In this document: piece by piece, positions 42,594 to 57,279 of the stretch | Layout of the letters: each line of letters starts with the position of its first letter | Position numbering within the stretch: the first letter of the stretch is position 1 | Origin: Eledone cirrhosa | Taxonomy: Eukaryota | Length of the DNA stretch: 64,000 nt | Direction of reading: 5' to 3' | Assembly: GCA_964016885.1 (NCBI GenBank) | Contig: OZ024740.1 | Location: 95,728,001-95,792,000, forward strand | Notes under the pieces: generated by a model | Told to the model about the DNA's origin: nothing | Database searches by the model: none | Seen by the model: only the letters and a program-made list of their open reading frames with translations | Position numbers and translations under genes: made by a program

Positions 42594-42656
<63 letters not shown>

Positions 42657-43844
42657 CCTAACCATATTTTTGGGCTTTATCGCGACGATGGTCTAATACT
42701 TTCCGATACCACCATAGGCCATACGTTAGATAGATTAAGGAAAAACTTAATAAAAACCTTCGCCAGTTTCAATCTTAAAATTACTATCGACACTAACCTT
42801 TCCAATGTAGATTTCCTAGATATAAACCTAGATTTGCCTACTGCTTCTTATAAACCATACCATAAACCTAATGAAAACTTAAAATATATAAATAAAGGCT
42901 CTTGCCATCCTCCTATAGTTTTTAAAAACCTTATCCCTAATATTAGCCGTAGGATCTCCACCCTCTCTTCCTCAGAAGCTATTTTTAATAAGGCATCACC
43001 CTACTATAATAAAGCCCTCCAAAATAGCGGTTTTAGCGAACCGATTAAATACATACCCAACTATACTATTAAACAGAAAAACAGGAATAGAAAAATAATC
43101 TGGTTCACACCTCCCTACTCTCTAGCAGTTAAAACTAATGTAGGCAAAACATTCCTAGAGCTCCTAGATAAACATTTCCCTAGAACACAGATACTATAAA
43201 ATCTTTAACAGAAACTGTGTCAAAATTAGCTATTCCTGCGCTCCCCCTATTAAGTCCTATATCATCAACAAAAAAATCACCTAGAGAAAATCAAACTTAC
43301 TCCTGTAGAATCAAAAGTGAATGCCCATTACAAGGTAAATGCAACACCAAAGCCATTGTATATGCGGCTAAAGTGACAATCATCAGCAACAACCATCCAG
43401 CCACCAGTGAACGATATGTGGGTAGGACGCAAGACAAATTCAAAACGCGTTATTACTCACATGTTGCATCCTTTCGACATCCAGAAAAAAGATTTACAAC
43501 AGCTCTGGCTAGCAGAATTTGGGATTTAAAAGACCAAGGCATCCAATATAAATTGGATTGGTCAATGTTGAACCAATCTAAAGAATATGCAAGAGGAACA
43601 ACAAAATGCACGCTCTGCATAAATGAAAAATATTGGATCTTGCAAAATTTTAAATCACCAAAGACCTGCCTGAACACAAAGACGGACATTTTCACCAGTT
43701 GCCCACAGATGAAATCACACCTGCTTTCCAGCTCATATAAACTTAACACACTTTCAGATACTTATCCTCCATAAACTCTTATTATTCTCTTTATAATTAC
43801 CCTTTCTGATTTACTTTCATTTTTATCCTTATTATTAATTTCAT

Positions 43845-44115
43845 TTATTTTTATTTTCATTTTTATTTTTATTTTCATTTTCATTTTTATTTTTATTTTT
43901 ATTTTTATTTTTATTTTTATTTTTATTTTTATTTTTATTTTTATTTTTATTTTTATTTTTATTTTTATTTTCATTTTTATTTTTATTTTTATTTTTATTT
44001 TTATTTTTATTTTTATTTTTATTTTTATTTTTATTTTTTTTTTATTTTTATTTTTATTTTTTTTTTATTTTTTTTTTCTTTTTATTTTTATTTTTATTTT
44101 ATTTTTTTTTTTTTA
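43845..44115. repeat. (TTTTTA)n hexamer repeat in PLE 3' region
   Basis: Direct reading. Confidence 0.97.
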
Positions 44116-45158
44116 ATTTTTACTTCACATCCACCAATAATCCACCCCCTTTTATTCTTCGATTCACTTACCTATTATCTTCACTTTCCATTTTTTACTT
44201 CCCTATTTCCTTCACTAACCGATTATATGGTCACTTGCGTTTTCCACTCCAGATATTTTTTATTTTTATTTTTATTTTTTTTATTTTTGCGCAGCCAATC
44301 CTACAATTTTATAATTTTATATTTGTACTTATTTATCCACAAGTTTTTACACCCTGTATCTATGTGGCTGAACGCCTTAATGTGTGTATACTTTCTATAT
44401 ATGTACATGAGCGCCTACGTATGTGTGCGCGCGTGCGTGCGTGTATATATATGTATATATATGTATGTGTACGTGCATGTGTCTTTATATCCGTGTTTTT
44501 ACATCTAGGTTTTATGTTTTGTTTCTTTTTTCTTCTCCCCTTTTTTTACATCCTCATCTTTATGCGTGTGCATGCAAACAGGTGAATATGCGTGATTGTA
44601 AGTATGTGTGTGTATGTGTGTGTATGTGTACGTATCGAACGTATGGATGTGTAAGTGTACGTGTGTATATAAGCATGTATATTTTTGCGTTTCTTTTGTG
44701 AGATATACGTGTGTGTGTATGCGTGTACCTTGTTTTGTCTTCTTTTCTTAAATTTGTTCTTTCTAAATTATTGTTCCATTATTATAAATATATCGAGATT
44801 GCTACTTTCCTTTAATTATTACACTCCCTTACCTCTTTTACTTCCGCATATAAGTGTACGTGTGTGTAGGTGTGTTTATGCGCGCGCCTTCATATTCTTA
44901 TGATGTATCTATTCAGTCTGTAGATTACAGATACACAGATACATTTGCCCTAAATTATATATTCACGCACACTTTTTCACTATACGTATACATATGTGCA
45001 TACACATATATGCACACCTCTGAGCGTATATACATACATATACACACACCTAACTATATTTCTTGTAAGATTTTATATATTTCATATTCTAATTCATATG
45101 TCTATTTTTTTTTGCTTTTCTTGATGAGACTTTCCAAGTATTTACCCATGTTTTATAC

Positions 45159-45233
45159 TGCCTCGTCTGACGAACGAATGAAGACGTTTTCTTTCGTATT
45201 CGCCTCATTTGGGAAACCTCTGGTAACGAGGTA
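45159..45233 (+). ncRNA. Type I hammerhead ribozyme with extended stem II
   Basis: TGCCTCGT-CTGACGA-A-CGAATGA...TCATTTG-G-GAAA-CCTCTGG-TA-ACGAGGTA. Confidence 0.85.
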
Positions 45234-45246
45234 ATTATATTGTATT

Positions 45247-45323
<77 letters not shown>

Positions 45324-45588
45324 TAGATATTTATTTATATATATATTTATATATATCATATGTGTATATATACATAGATAGATAATTGGGATTGGATGCT
45401 TAAAGCGTCCTTTTGCGGTAGGCTCTCTTAGAGCAGGGTATGATATCGCAAAAAAAGAAAAGAATCAGTGCAATTTTCAGAGTCAGGTTTGATCATCACA
45501 TCGAACGTATCTCGATCTGGTCGCCAGAGAAACTATTGTAATATGTCCAATAAATTATGTCGTCGCAACGCTGATTCTCTTTTTTTCT

Positions 45589-45744
<156 letters not shown>

Positions 45745-45854
45745 GAGATAGAAAGAGAGAAGGAGAGTAATAATAATAAATGTGAAACCCAAAATCCAAA
45801 GATTTAAGGGTGAAAAGAGTGATTCCCTGCTTGAACTTTGATCATCTATTTTAA

Positions 45855-45909
<55 letters not shown>

Positions 45910-45919
45910 ATATATATAG

Positions 45920-46693
45920 GAATAATAATAAATTTGAAGACTAAAATCAAAGGAGGGCTCGATACAGATAAATATATATCAAATATATAAGTACCCTATT
46001 GCAAATATTTATTAAAATAACAGATTAAAGTTTAAGCCATGAATCGCTGCGTTCACCGTTAATGGGATCTTCAGAAACTAAAAAAATCAATCTGTGAATG
46101 CATAGTTAAATATTTCAAAAAACTTTGCAACCAAAGGAACACAAGAAGACAATACTTAGGTTCGTGACGACGTTCCCTGGCATGGAACGGAAAAAAGCGA
46201 AGCGAATACGTCGTTATGGGGAGCGGTAAAAATAATTACACGCGAAGACAAAACCACGTTTATGGTATAAACGAAGTCGTAAACTAATATTCTTTGTAGG
46301 AAACAGGATGATTCTCGGCTTCAGAGTTAAGAATAATGTAAATTAATTAGTAGAACAAAAATGACAAATGTTATTATAAAAATAAAATTAAATATATACA
46401 CACACGTACGTATATACGTACATGCAGTACATAGGCGAAAGCACCCGCCATGCATGCATAAATATGCACGTACACATAAACACGCCAAGACATGCATAAA
46501 CCCGCGCGACACCTGTAACCGCACACATACGAACGCATACACCAAATACACATAAAAAAAATATATGTGTGTATATATATATATATATATGCCCGCCCAG
46601 CCAGTGGAATGGCGCCATCTTATGGCTAAAATAGCACGACGTGCTGTGAACAGCGGCGCCGGTCGGCGCCCGACAGACTGCTCGGTCAAGGTG

Positions 46694-46751
<58 letters not shown>

Positions 46752-48745
46752 TATGTAAATATACACACAAAAATAATAATATAACACACGCACACACATA
46801 CCTGCAGGTTACTACACATATGTTCACCAGACATACGTCATCCAAAATATAATGTATACATAACACACCTTAAATACGTTCAAACACGGATACACGCATA
46901 CACACACAACATGAAATAGACATATGCACATAACAATATACACATATACCAGTATATATAATATACTATATACACATATAACAAGTACAAGCATATATAC
47001 GTACGAGAAAGTATACGTACCTTCACAAAACATACGGGTAAGTTATACTTACCTACACAAATAAATAATAGTATAAATATAAAATAGCACATCAAGACGT
47101 AAGTTATCCGCGTATTGTTCGTATTATCCGTTAGGCAATCATGTGGGCTGCAATACAGGAAACGGTTATGCAATTTGTGTTTATAAACCGAAATTGCCCT
47201 AGATTTTTTGTTTAAGATGTGGTCATTGGCGTAGTGTATTTCCAGTGCTTCAACGAGATAGAGCTCGCATGCGCTTATATGTCCGTTATACGATCTAGCC
47301 TTAGCTTGGATCTACCAGTATAACCTACATTGGGTGTGGTTGTCTTTTAGACTCCAGATATAAGCTGTAAGTGACGTCATATTCCTTCTTAAAGTGTTAA
47401 GAAAAGAATAGGTGTTCATGTAACGACGTTGCTTGAATCTAAGTGCGGTTAACACTCTGTTGACCCTACGGGGTGTGGGTGTTTCGACCTTACATTTGGA
47501 GACAATCATATTGGAGAGGCATTTCCCGGAAAGAGGGCAGTCAACACGATTCCTACAATTACAGTTAGTACTAGCTATAGGGCTTAATGTGTTCCAACGG
47601 CTAGGTAGTTTAAATTTTACTGATGTAGTTTAAATTTTACTGCTGTTATGCGCAAGGGTAGGAGTCATGGAGACAAATATTTTGATGTTAGTTCCATTAA
47701 ACATTTTATTATATTTATGTGCTGACGGGAAATTCTTCTTAGTAAGGGAGGGAACGATCTTAACTAATGGTGTGGCCACCTCCATATTATATGATGGGTT
47801 ATACCATATAATGCGTGGGGATCTATTTTTTCTAGGTCTATGTTCATACTTAGTATATGCTACGTTATCGACAAATCTACTCCGAGCAAGAGGTTCATTG
47901 TAATATGTAGAATGGTCGGTGAAAAATATGCTCGTTAGTAGATAGACGAGAAAGCATCAAAGAAACGTTTCTTATCAGGTTCTTGTGTATGCTGACAGGA
48001 TGCCTAGAATGCTTACTTACGTAATTATGCGTATCTTTCCGCTTTCTATACGGGTGGTGCATGCCATTCGACAAATTGAGGGTAACGTCGATGTAATTAA
48101 CGACCGGGAGGGTGGCGTCAACCTGTATGAAGTGGTTGAAAGATTTAAAGAAGGCTGTGAGTTCTTTTCTGGACCTGTCGCAAACGCGTGGACGGCACTT
48201 TGTCATGGCCAAAAGCACATCATCGCAGTGCAAACCACCGCCCTCATTGCGGAATTCTCCCTTGATAGTGAACAGAAGGAAAAGGCCGATAATATATGTA
48301 TACTCAACCGAATCGCTGGCGTTCATATATACGTCGAATGGGGTACTAGTATTTTTTTTTATCCAGATAGAGTCGTCGAAAGTAATCACCGACTTACGGG
48401 CATTCAGGATGACATCAACTTCGAAATATCTAACCAGCGTGAGCGTTTTAGCGAAATTAATCGCTCTAAGAAATGGTAGAGTGATGGAGGAGTAGTAGTT
48501 ATTGGTGCCGAATTGGATAAAACGGTAATGTTCCTTGTTGCATATGCCATTGAACCAATCAATCACTGCGAAAGAATTATTCCACGGTGCAAGAGGGGCC
48601 AAGCTTCTAATTTCAGGTTTAATTCGTAGGGTTAATTAGCTGAATAGAGGGGTTGTTGGCGAAATTGGGCTTGTGATCCTTCAGGTTAAATTGGCGATAA
48701 ATAGGGTCCAGAGATTCACCCCGGTTTTGGATGTTGAGCTCAGAA
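45920..48745 (-). mobile_element. Naiad-like PLE (second family), 5'-truncated inverted copy with pLTR and HHR at 46029..46079
   Basis: ORF 47895..48602 (VIDWF, FIQF, GGLHCDD, VNYIDVTLNL, SRHP); reverse-complement homolog of 50370..52570 and 48770..49845. Confidence 0.9.
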
Positions 48746-48764
48746 GTGATTATAAACAAAAAAT

Positions 48765-51700
48765 CTTATGCAATTTCGGATTCTAAATACAAATAGCATG
48801 AAACTTTCCTGTATTACAGCCCCACATTATACTCTAACGGATAGCACGAACAATACGCGGATAATTTACGTCTTGATATGGAAGCTAAGTATATTTTATG
48901 TTCATACCATTACTTATTTGCATAGGTATGTATACCTTACCCGTATGTTTTGTGAAAGTACGTATACTTTGTCGTACGTATATATGTTTGTATTTGTTAT
49001 ATGTGTATATGTGTATGTGTTGTATGTGTGTGTATGCGTGTATGCGTGTTTGCACGTATGTAAGGTGTGTATATGTGTACATTGTGTTTTGGTTGACGTT
49101 CTTTTGGTGAAAATATGTGTATTTACCTGTAGGTATGTGTGTGCGTGTGTTATATCCATATTTATGTGTGAATATTTATGTACGTTTATATAATTATATG
49201 TATACACACACACACACACACATACATATATATTTTTTTAATGTGTATTTGGTGTATACTTTAGTATGTGTTCGGGTACAGGTGTCGCGCGTTTTTATGT
49301 ATGCGTGCACATGTTTATGTATATGCATTCATGGCGGGTGTTTTCGCGCATGCACTTGTATGTACGTATATAGATACTTGTATGTATATATGTAATTTTA
49401 TTTTTTTTATAATCTGTCATTTTCATTGTACTTCTTTATTTACATTATTCTTAACTCTGAAGCCGAGAAGCACTCGGTTTATTAAATAGACTTCTACGAC
49501 TTCATTTATACCAGAAACGTGGTTTTGTCATTGCGTGTAATTTTTTCATCAACCACATAACGACGTATTATCTTCGCTTTTTTCCGTTCATTACCAGGGA
49601 ACGCCGTCACGAGCCAAAGTATTGTCTTCCTGTTTTCACTGTTTTTCGATATATTTACTTCTGCGTTCACAGATTAATTTTTTAGTTTCAGAATATCCCA
49701 TTAAGGTTGAAAGCTGCGATTATTTGGTTAAACTTTAATCTGTTAATCTAATAAATATGTGCTCTACGGTTCTTATGTATTTGATATTTATTTATCCTTA
49801 TCGAGGTCTCTTTGGTTTTAGTCTTCAAATGTATTATCATTACTATTTGGCTCCCTCGGTTAATCACTCTATTGATATATATTCATAATGCAGGAACAAC
49901 ACCTGAATATTTCAACAGAGAACATACCGGTACCTAGCAGGAAGACATACCTATAACTTATGATACAGAAAACGGATCCCTTCCTTAAACGGTTGCGTTG
50001 GCGTGCCTATTATTATATTATTTCGATAACCAGGAAAAAGCGAACGGTAAACAGGATAAATTTGTGTTTAAATCTTATAATAACCTTCCGTTTAACCCGG
50101 CATTACTATCCTTCGAAAACGATGTCTTGGAACTCATACATCGAATCAAATTTCGGAATAGTAGCAATTCCTTCCCGAAGCAACTGAAGAATAGAATTCG
50201 TTCTATTAGGGATTCTAATGCCGTGCACGTTCACTACGACAAAACTGGCAATGTATATCAAATGGAGCGCAGTACTTACCATCAACTGCCACATAATGCT
50301 GTAACTAATGATTACGGAAAACCAATCGGGGTGTTATTATTGACATCAAAGATGCTAGGGTTAAAATCACTTCTGAGCTCAACGTGCCTTTTTCTACCCA
50401 CTTTAACCTGAATGATCACAAAACGATTTTCGCCAACAACCCCTCTTTTCGGCTAATTAACCCTACAATGTCTGATTTAGGTAGACTTAGTAAAAGGATT
50501 TTAGATAGAATTATACCTGAAATCAGAGGCTTGGCTCCTCTTGCACTGTGGAATAATACTTTCTCGGTGATTGATTGCTTCACTGGCATATGCAATAAGG
50601 AACATTGCTGTGTTAAGCAATTCGATCACACTAACTACTACTCCCCCATCATTTTACCACTTCTCCTTAGAGCTATCAATATTCGCTAAAACGCTCACGC
50701 TGGTTAAAGATTTCTAAGTGAATAATTTCTACGACGCTATTTGGATTAAAAAATTTAATACTACCCCATTCGACGTGAGTATGGGCACCAGTCATTCGGC
50801 GGATGTTACATATATTATCGACCGTTTCCTTCTTTTCTTTATCAAGAAAAAATTCCCCAATGTGGGCAGTAGTTTTTATCGCGATGACGAGCTTTTTTTG
50901 CCAATGACAACGTGCGGCCGATGCGCTTGCGACAGGTTCAGAAAAGAACTAACAGCCTTCTTTAAAGACTTAAAACCACTCCATAAAGTTTGACGCCAAC
51001 TTCTCGGTCGTTAATTACCTCGACGTTACCCTCAATTTGTCGAATGGCTTGCACTACCCGCATAGAAAACCGTATGATACACTTAATTACATAAGAAATC
51101 ATTCTAATCAATCTGCAGGCATAACCAAGAACCTGGTAAGAAACATTTCTTTGAGAAATTCCCGTCTATCTACTAACGAGCACATTTTTAGCAACCTTTC
51201 CACAATGAGGCCCTTTCTCGGAGTGCATTTGTCGATAAGGTAGCATATACTAAGTATGAGCATTGACCTGGAAACATTTAATCCTGACGCATTATATGGT
51301 ACAGCCCAGCATATTATATAGAGGTGGCCACACCATTAGCTAAGATATTTCTCTCTCTTATTAAGAAGAATTTCCCTTCAGCACATAAATATGATAAAAG
51401 TTTTAATAGAAATACCATTAAAATATTTTTCTCCACGACTGCTATCCTTGCGCATAGTATCAGTGCTTCAAATTTAGCAACACTACCTGGCCCTAGGAAC
51501 ACGTGCAACCATGTAGCTTGTACTAACTGTAATTGTTGGAATCGGGTTGACTGCCCTCTCTCCGGGAAATGCTTGTCCTGTAACATTGTCTACAAATGTA
51601 AGGTCGTAACACCCACACCCCGTAGGGCCAACATAATGTTAACTGCCAATAGATTCAAGCAGCGTCATTACATGCACACCCATTATTTTCTTAAAACTTT

Positions 51701-52325
51701 AAGAAGAAATATGACGTCACTTTCAGCTTATATCCGGAGATTAAACGACAACCGCACTCAATATGTTACACTGCGAGATCCTAGCTAAGGCTAGATCGTA
51801 TAATGGAATTAAAAGGCCAAAAAGCACTGTAAATACTCTACGCCAAAGACCACATCTTAAACAAAAGATCTGAGGCAATTTCGACTTGTAAATACACATT
51901 GCATAAAACTGTCCTGTATTACAGCCCCACATTATACCCTAACGGATTTTACGAACAATACCCGGATAACGTACGTCTTAATGTGGTAGCTAAGTATATG
52001 TTATGTTTATACCATTATTTATTTGTATAGGTAAGTATATCTTAAACTTAATTTTTGTGAAAGTGCGTATACTTTCTCGTACGTATATAAGCTTGTATTT
52101 GTTATATGTGTATATATTATATGATATATACTGTTATATGTGTATATTCTGTATGCTGTGTGCATGCACGTATGTAAGGTGTGTATAAGTGTATATTGTG
52201 TTTTGGTTGACGTAGGTTGTTGAACATATGTGTATTTACCTGTGGGTATGTGTGTGCGTGCGTTATATACGTATTTATGTATGCATATTTATATTCGTTT
52301 ATATAATTATATGTATACACACACG

Positions 52326-52373
<48 letters not shown>

Positions 52374-52580
52374 TGTGTAGTGTATTTAGTGTATACGTTC
52401 GTATATGTGCGGGTACAGGTGTCGCGCGTGTATATATGTACGTGCATATGTATATGCATGCATGGTAGATATTTCCGCGTATGCACGTGTATGTACGTAT
52501 ATATATGCATGTAAGTATATATTTAATTTTATTGATTTTAATAACCTCTGTCATTTTCGTTCTACTAATTTATTTACCTA
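48765..52580 (+). mobile_element. Near full-length decayed Naiad-like PLE: pLTR 48765..49860, ORF ~49890..51950, partial pLTR
   Basis: FLKRLRWRAY, HYDKTGNVY, RLINPTMSDLG, FYRDDE and CNC..RVDCPLSGKCL motifs; 48765..49450 repeated at 51875..52580; decayed HHR at 49684..49734. Confidence 0.92.
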
Positions 52581-52583
52581 ACG

Positions 52584-52650
<67 letters not shown>

Positions 52651-52660
<10 letters not shown>

Positions 52661-53637
52661 ATACATGCTAGTGTACGTATGTATACGTATATGGGTGTAC
52701 GTATACATACTTATATTTAAGCATCAGCCGTACTAAGAGTGGGAAATGACCTTTCATTTTTTTCCATTTATCGTTTTCGGTACACCCGGCCGACAAAATC
52801 ACTTGATATGCTAATTTAGCTGCTCAGCCGTTAATATGCATAAGGTAGGTTTACACTTTCAAATGTGCAATCGACTGACAGGAAGGTATACAGGGCTGAT
52901 GACAGCTGATAAGCTAGAAACTAGTTCATCGTTGCTTAGTCTGTGTTGAATAAAAGAGCAACGGTTGTTGCCGAATGCCGAACACTGTACGGCTACTGAT
53001 TCTTGATGTTTGTTTACAAACAGAGCGGGCATTGTAATAAATATTCGGTAAATCCTTACGTACATATATGTGTGTGTGCATGTATGTATGTATATACATA
53101 CTAATGTTACGTCTGTATACATATATGTATGTACGTATACATACTTATATTTAAGTATCAGCCGTACTAAGAGTGAGAACTGAAATATCATTTTTTTCCA
53201 TTTATCGTTTTCGGTACACCCGGCCGACTGACTCACGCGATATGCAAATTGGGCTGCTCAGCCGTTAATATGCATAAGAAAGGTATATACTTTCAAACGT
53301 TCACTCGACTGACAGTATGGTATACGCCGCTGATGACAGCTGATAATCTAGAAACTAGTTCATCGTTCCTTAGTCGTTGTTGAACAAAAGAGCAGCATTA
53401 GTTGCCGAACAATGTACGGCTACTGATTCGGTTGATTGTTTACAAATAGACCGTGCATTGTAATAAATGTTCGGTAAACCCATACGTACATATATATATA
53501 TATATATATAAGTGTGCATGTATGTGTGTATATATATACTAGTGTACATCTGTATACATATATGTATGTACGTATACATATTTATATTTAAGTATCAGCC
53601 GTACTAAGAGTGAGAAATGACATTTCCTTTTTTCCAT
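52651..53637 (+). mobile_element. ORF-less 434 bp tandem repeat (~2.3 units) with one minimal hammerhead per full unit
   Basis: CAGCCGTACTAAGAGTG recurs at ~52725, ~53159 and ~53596; CTGATGA-CAGCTGATAAGCTA-GAAA-CTAG-TT-CATCG at 52890..52932 and a variant at 53324..53366. Confidence 0.82.
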
Positions 53638-56124
53638 ATATATATATATGGATATATATATATAGAATTCACATGGATCAAAGTTCTGTTCAAACCATTT
53701 ATTAGCTCACAATTGTTTCGTCCAAACCGAGGTTCCAAACCCTCGGAGCGATTTTTCAATGATTGTTTACATACATGACCTCCTTTCCAACACAGGAGAC
53801 ATACAGATACATATGTATATATTAATGCACGGTGGGGTGACATCCATTATAATATGTTTGCATGGCAATTTAAATTCAAAAATTAAAATCATATTAGAAC
53901 AAAATTAAAATACAACATCGGCAGTTTACGAAGATAATGCAGTCAGTTGTTAGTCAGTTGTAGTAATTCGTGCATGCAATAGTTACACGTATATATATAT
54001 ATGTGTGTGTGTGTATAGATTGACACATACTTACGTTTATCTGCGTGGTTTAATCAATAACCTGTGTGTGTTTGTGTATGTGTGTGTGTTCTGAAATGTC
54101 ACCTCTGCCGATACTAATTCTATTTGTAAAATGCGATTAGCTTGTTGATATTTACGATTTGGATGATGGATACATTTTGACTGGTTCAAATATAAAATAC
54201 AAAGGAAAATACAAATGAAACTGCATCAACACATACCGCAATTTGCTTAATGCTCAGAATGAATTCATGCAGAAATTAAATGTGACTTCTATGTTGCTTT
54301 TATTATCTGTTGATGTCCACTTCATCCTTAAGGGCTCGCTAAAATAAAGCACCAATAATGCACTGGGTTAATTGCTGGCCTTGTGCAAAAAGTAGAAACA
54401 ATTATCTGTTCTTGTTTGATAATATTTATTCAAATGTATATGTATGCAACTATGAACTAGAATGTTCTATATGTTGATCTTCTACTTGAATATTCTTCCC
54501 GTCATCATCATCTCTGAATAATCATACCTTTAAATTACTGTTGAAGGTGACATCCACTCATGCAATGTCCAAATATATGCGATGCTCTATCCTCTCCATC
54601 TAAGTAACTTCGCTTGTATAAGAGATATGTTAAATATAACAAACATGCCTGAAACAAACGTCAAAATCGCAATCAGATAAAATCTTCGTTAGGTACACTG
54701 TGTAATCGCCTGTGGTACGCTCAATATATCTATATCTACGACTGACCACATAGAATATTATATCTATATGTTGTCATTGAAGGAAAAATAATAATTTTGT
54801 TTAGAATGGTGATACTACTAAATCTATATTCAAATCTTACGCCAAATTACATATTTATATCTTTATCTTGACTGTAGCATTTGAGAGGGGAGACTTGACC
54901 CAAAGTATATTATACAGTTATTCATGGTACACAAACTTTCGACAACACAGTTGATTGTTCATTAGACTATATACTCAGCAATGTGCATTCTCAAAAGTCG
55001 CAATACAACTAAACAATTCTGATTTATTGTCTATTATAGACTTGTATAAATTGTGTGATACACACACATATACAGCGTGGAATTCACGAAAATATTCTGG
55101 ACATTTTTAGAACATCTAATTAAATATAATCATATATGATATAGGTACAAACCGTAAAAGTGTAAGATAATTAGATCAGCCTCAGTAGATTTGTTTTAGA
55201 AATAATCGCAGTATGTTTATGATGTCAAAGAGACAATTGCACCATATATTCCCATTAATTTGGTATTGACTACAAATCCCACCGAGTGTGACTTTACATT
55301 TTTCTCATTTCGGAGTGTATTGATGAGCCATAGTATATTTACTTATCTGCAATGTTAAATCATTGGATGCTCACTGATAAACAGTCAATACCATAACTTG
55401 TTTCTCGTTATGACAAAATAGTTATGTATATGAATTTTGGAGTCTAAAATAGCTATTTCAAGTCATTTAAATGATTATCTATGACTTTTAAAATGATTAT
55501 ATTTCCTCTCTTCGTTTAAATATTATTATTATCCATATTCTGTAACAGAATTATATTTCCCTATTTCGTTTAAATATTAGAGGAAATTAAATGCAGAATT
55601 TCTGCAGATATTATTGAATTGATATTTTCTGAATGACAGCGGAAATTTGCTGCATTATGGTCAGATATTCATAAAACAAAAGCCTCAACATTTTCTGAGA
55701 CAAAGAAATAAGTATAAAAACATATTGAGAATATTATTTACTGCCAAGGAAAATTGGCTAACAAACAATAGGTGCAGACGAAGATTGGATAAATGGATCT
55801 AGATCTGTGGTAAACAGATATTTCTAAATAAGGAAGTAAATTTATTTGATTAATTTAGATTATTTGAAGAGAATTAATTCGATTTTTAGACAGTTACCAA
55901 TCCTATATATTTTCATTTGAAATTAAATGTTCAAGGTTTAGTATAATAGCAAATGCCTATAATCAGAAATACACTTTTAGAAATAGGGCAATATATATTT
56001 CTTAAATTGAAATAAACAAATCACTTTGCTGTGATTGGTTTCGAAATAGTAAAAAAATACCTTTAATAAATACCACAGGCAGGAAATATGGACAAATAGC
56101 TGGAATAATAAATATACTGCCATT

Positions 56125-56310
56125 TGGATTGGCAGTATCGGTAGAGGGACGGACGCCATGCTTTCCAGCATAGTTACGTCCCTTTACGATCTGAGTTCAA
56201 ATCCCGCCGAGGTTGACTTTGCCTTTCATCCTTACGGGGTCGATAAAATAAAAGTACTAGTAATGCACTGAGTAATTGCTGGCCTTGTGCCTAAAGTCTA
56301 AACAATCATT
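56125..56310 (+). mobile_element. SINE family 2 copy
   Basis: Nearly identical to 22092..22270. Confidence 0.92.
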
Positions 56311-56523
56311 AATTTTTTTTCTAGGTTCTAGTTATTATACCGAGATCAGTTATTCATTCAAGTTGTGTTTTAATGCCAGTCCATCCTTTGGTTGTGATAT
56401 GCTTTTTTTCAGATGCAGACGATGAACTTGCATACATTTATAGAGATTCCATAACATATTGTCTTTCGAGACTAACTACATTTATAGAACATATAATATA
56501 ACGATGGTTTTTATTACATAATA

Positions 56524-56709
56524 TAATTGTTTCTACTTTTGGCACAAGGTCAGCAATTACCCAGTGAATTACTGGTTCTTTATTTTATCGACCCCGTAAG
56601 GATAAAAGGCAACGTCAACCTCGATGAGGTTTGAACTAAGAATGGAAACGGTCGTAAATCTATGCGTCAAAGCATGGCGTCTGAACTTCTATTGATACTG
56701 CCAATCCAT
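56524..56709 (-). mobile_element. SINE family 2 copy, inverted relative to 56125..56310
   Basis: TTTTATCGACCCCGTAAGGAT..AAGGC and TTTGAACT motifs. Confidence 0.9.
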
Positions 56710-57279
56710 AATATAATGTGAAGTCAACACAATCTAAACAAATTAGCTCTCATATCATAATTGAAATTAAATGTACTAAATGTACAAAAAATGTTCAATA
56801 TGTAAAGCAAAAATAACACTTCGTAACGTGCCAGAGGTATTATGCGGTAAAAATTTCCAAACAGAAAGAGATATAACCTATTCACAAAACCTTGATAGAA
56901 TGTAATAATTATCTTATCTTTACACTGAGTATCATTGAATGATACACAAAGAATATAATTCATGTTAATTTCTGTTCTCATGAATTCTAAGTCCATAAGG
57001 CCATTGCCTCCAACATTAAATCATGCAATTCCCCGAATGTTTGCCATTTTCGTGTTCGTTACGGGAAAATATATTTGTTCTAATATATATATATATATAA
57101 ATATATATATATTTCTGTGTCTATGTGTGTATTTGTCTGTGTGGGTGTGTGTATAATTATGTGTATAATCTCTCCTTCAAATGTATAATAACAAACAAAC
57201 AAGAACTACCTAACATATCCTTGTGCTCTTGTATAAATGGATATATACGCCAACAAAATTAGCATTGTAAAATAGAGGA

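Larger units (their letters stand above)
42471..45473 (+). mobile_element. 5'-truncated Naiad-like PLE with long 3' region, HHR and inverted head
   Basis: 42655..43774 encodes GLYRDDG, FLDINLDL, HPP, IIWFTPPYS, CR..SECPLQGKC, IVY..YVGRT and CTLCINEK. 42471..42575 is inverted at 45365..45472. Confidence 0.92.
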
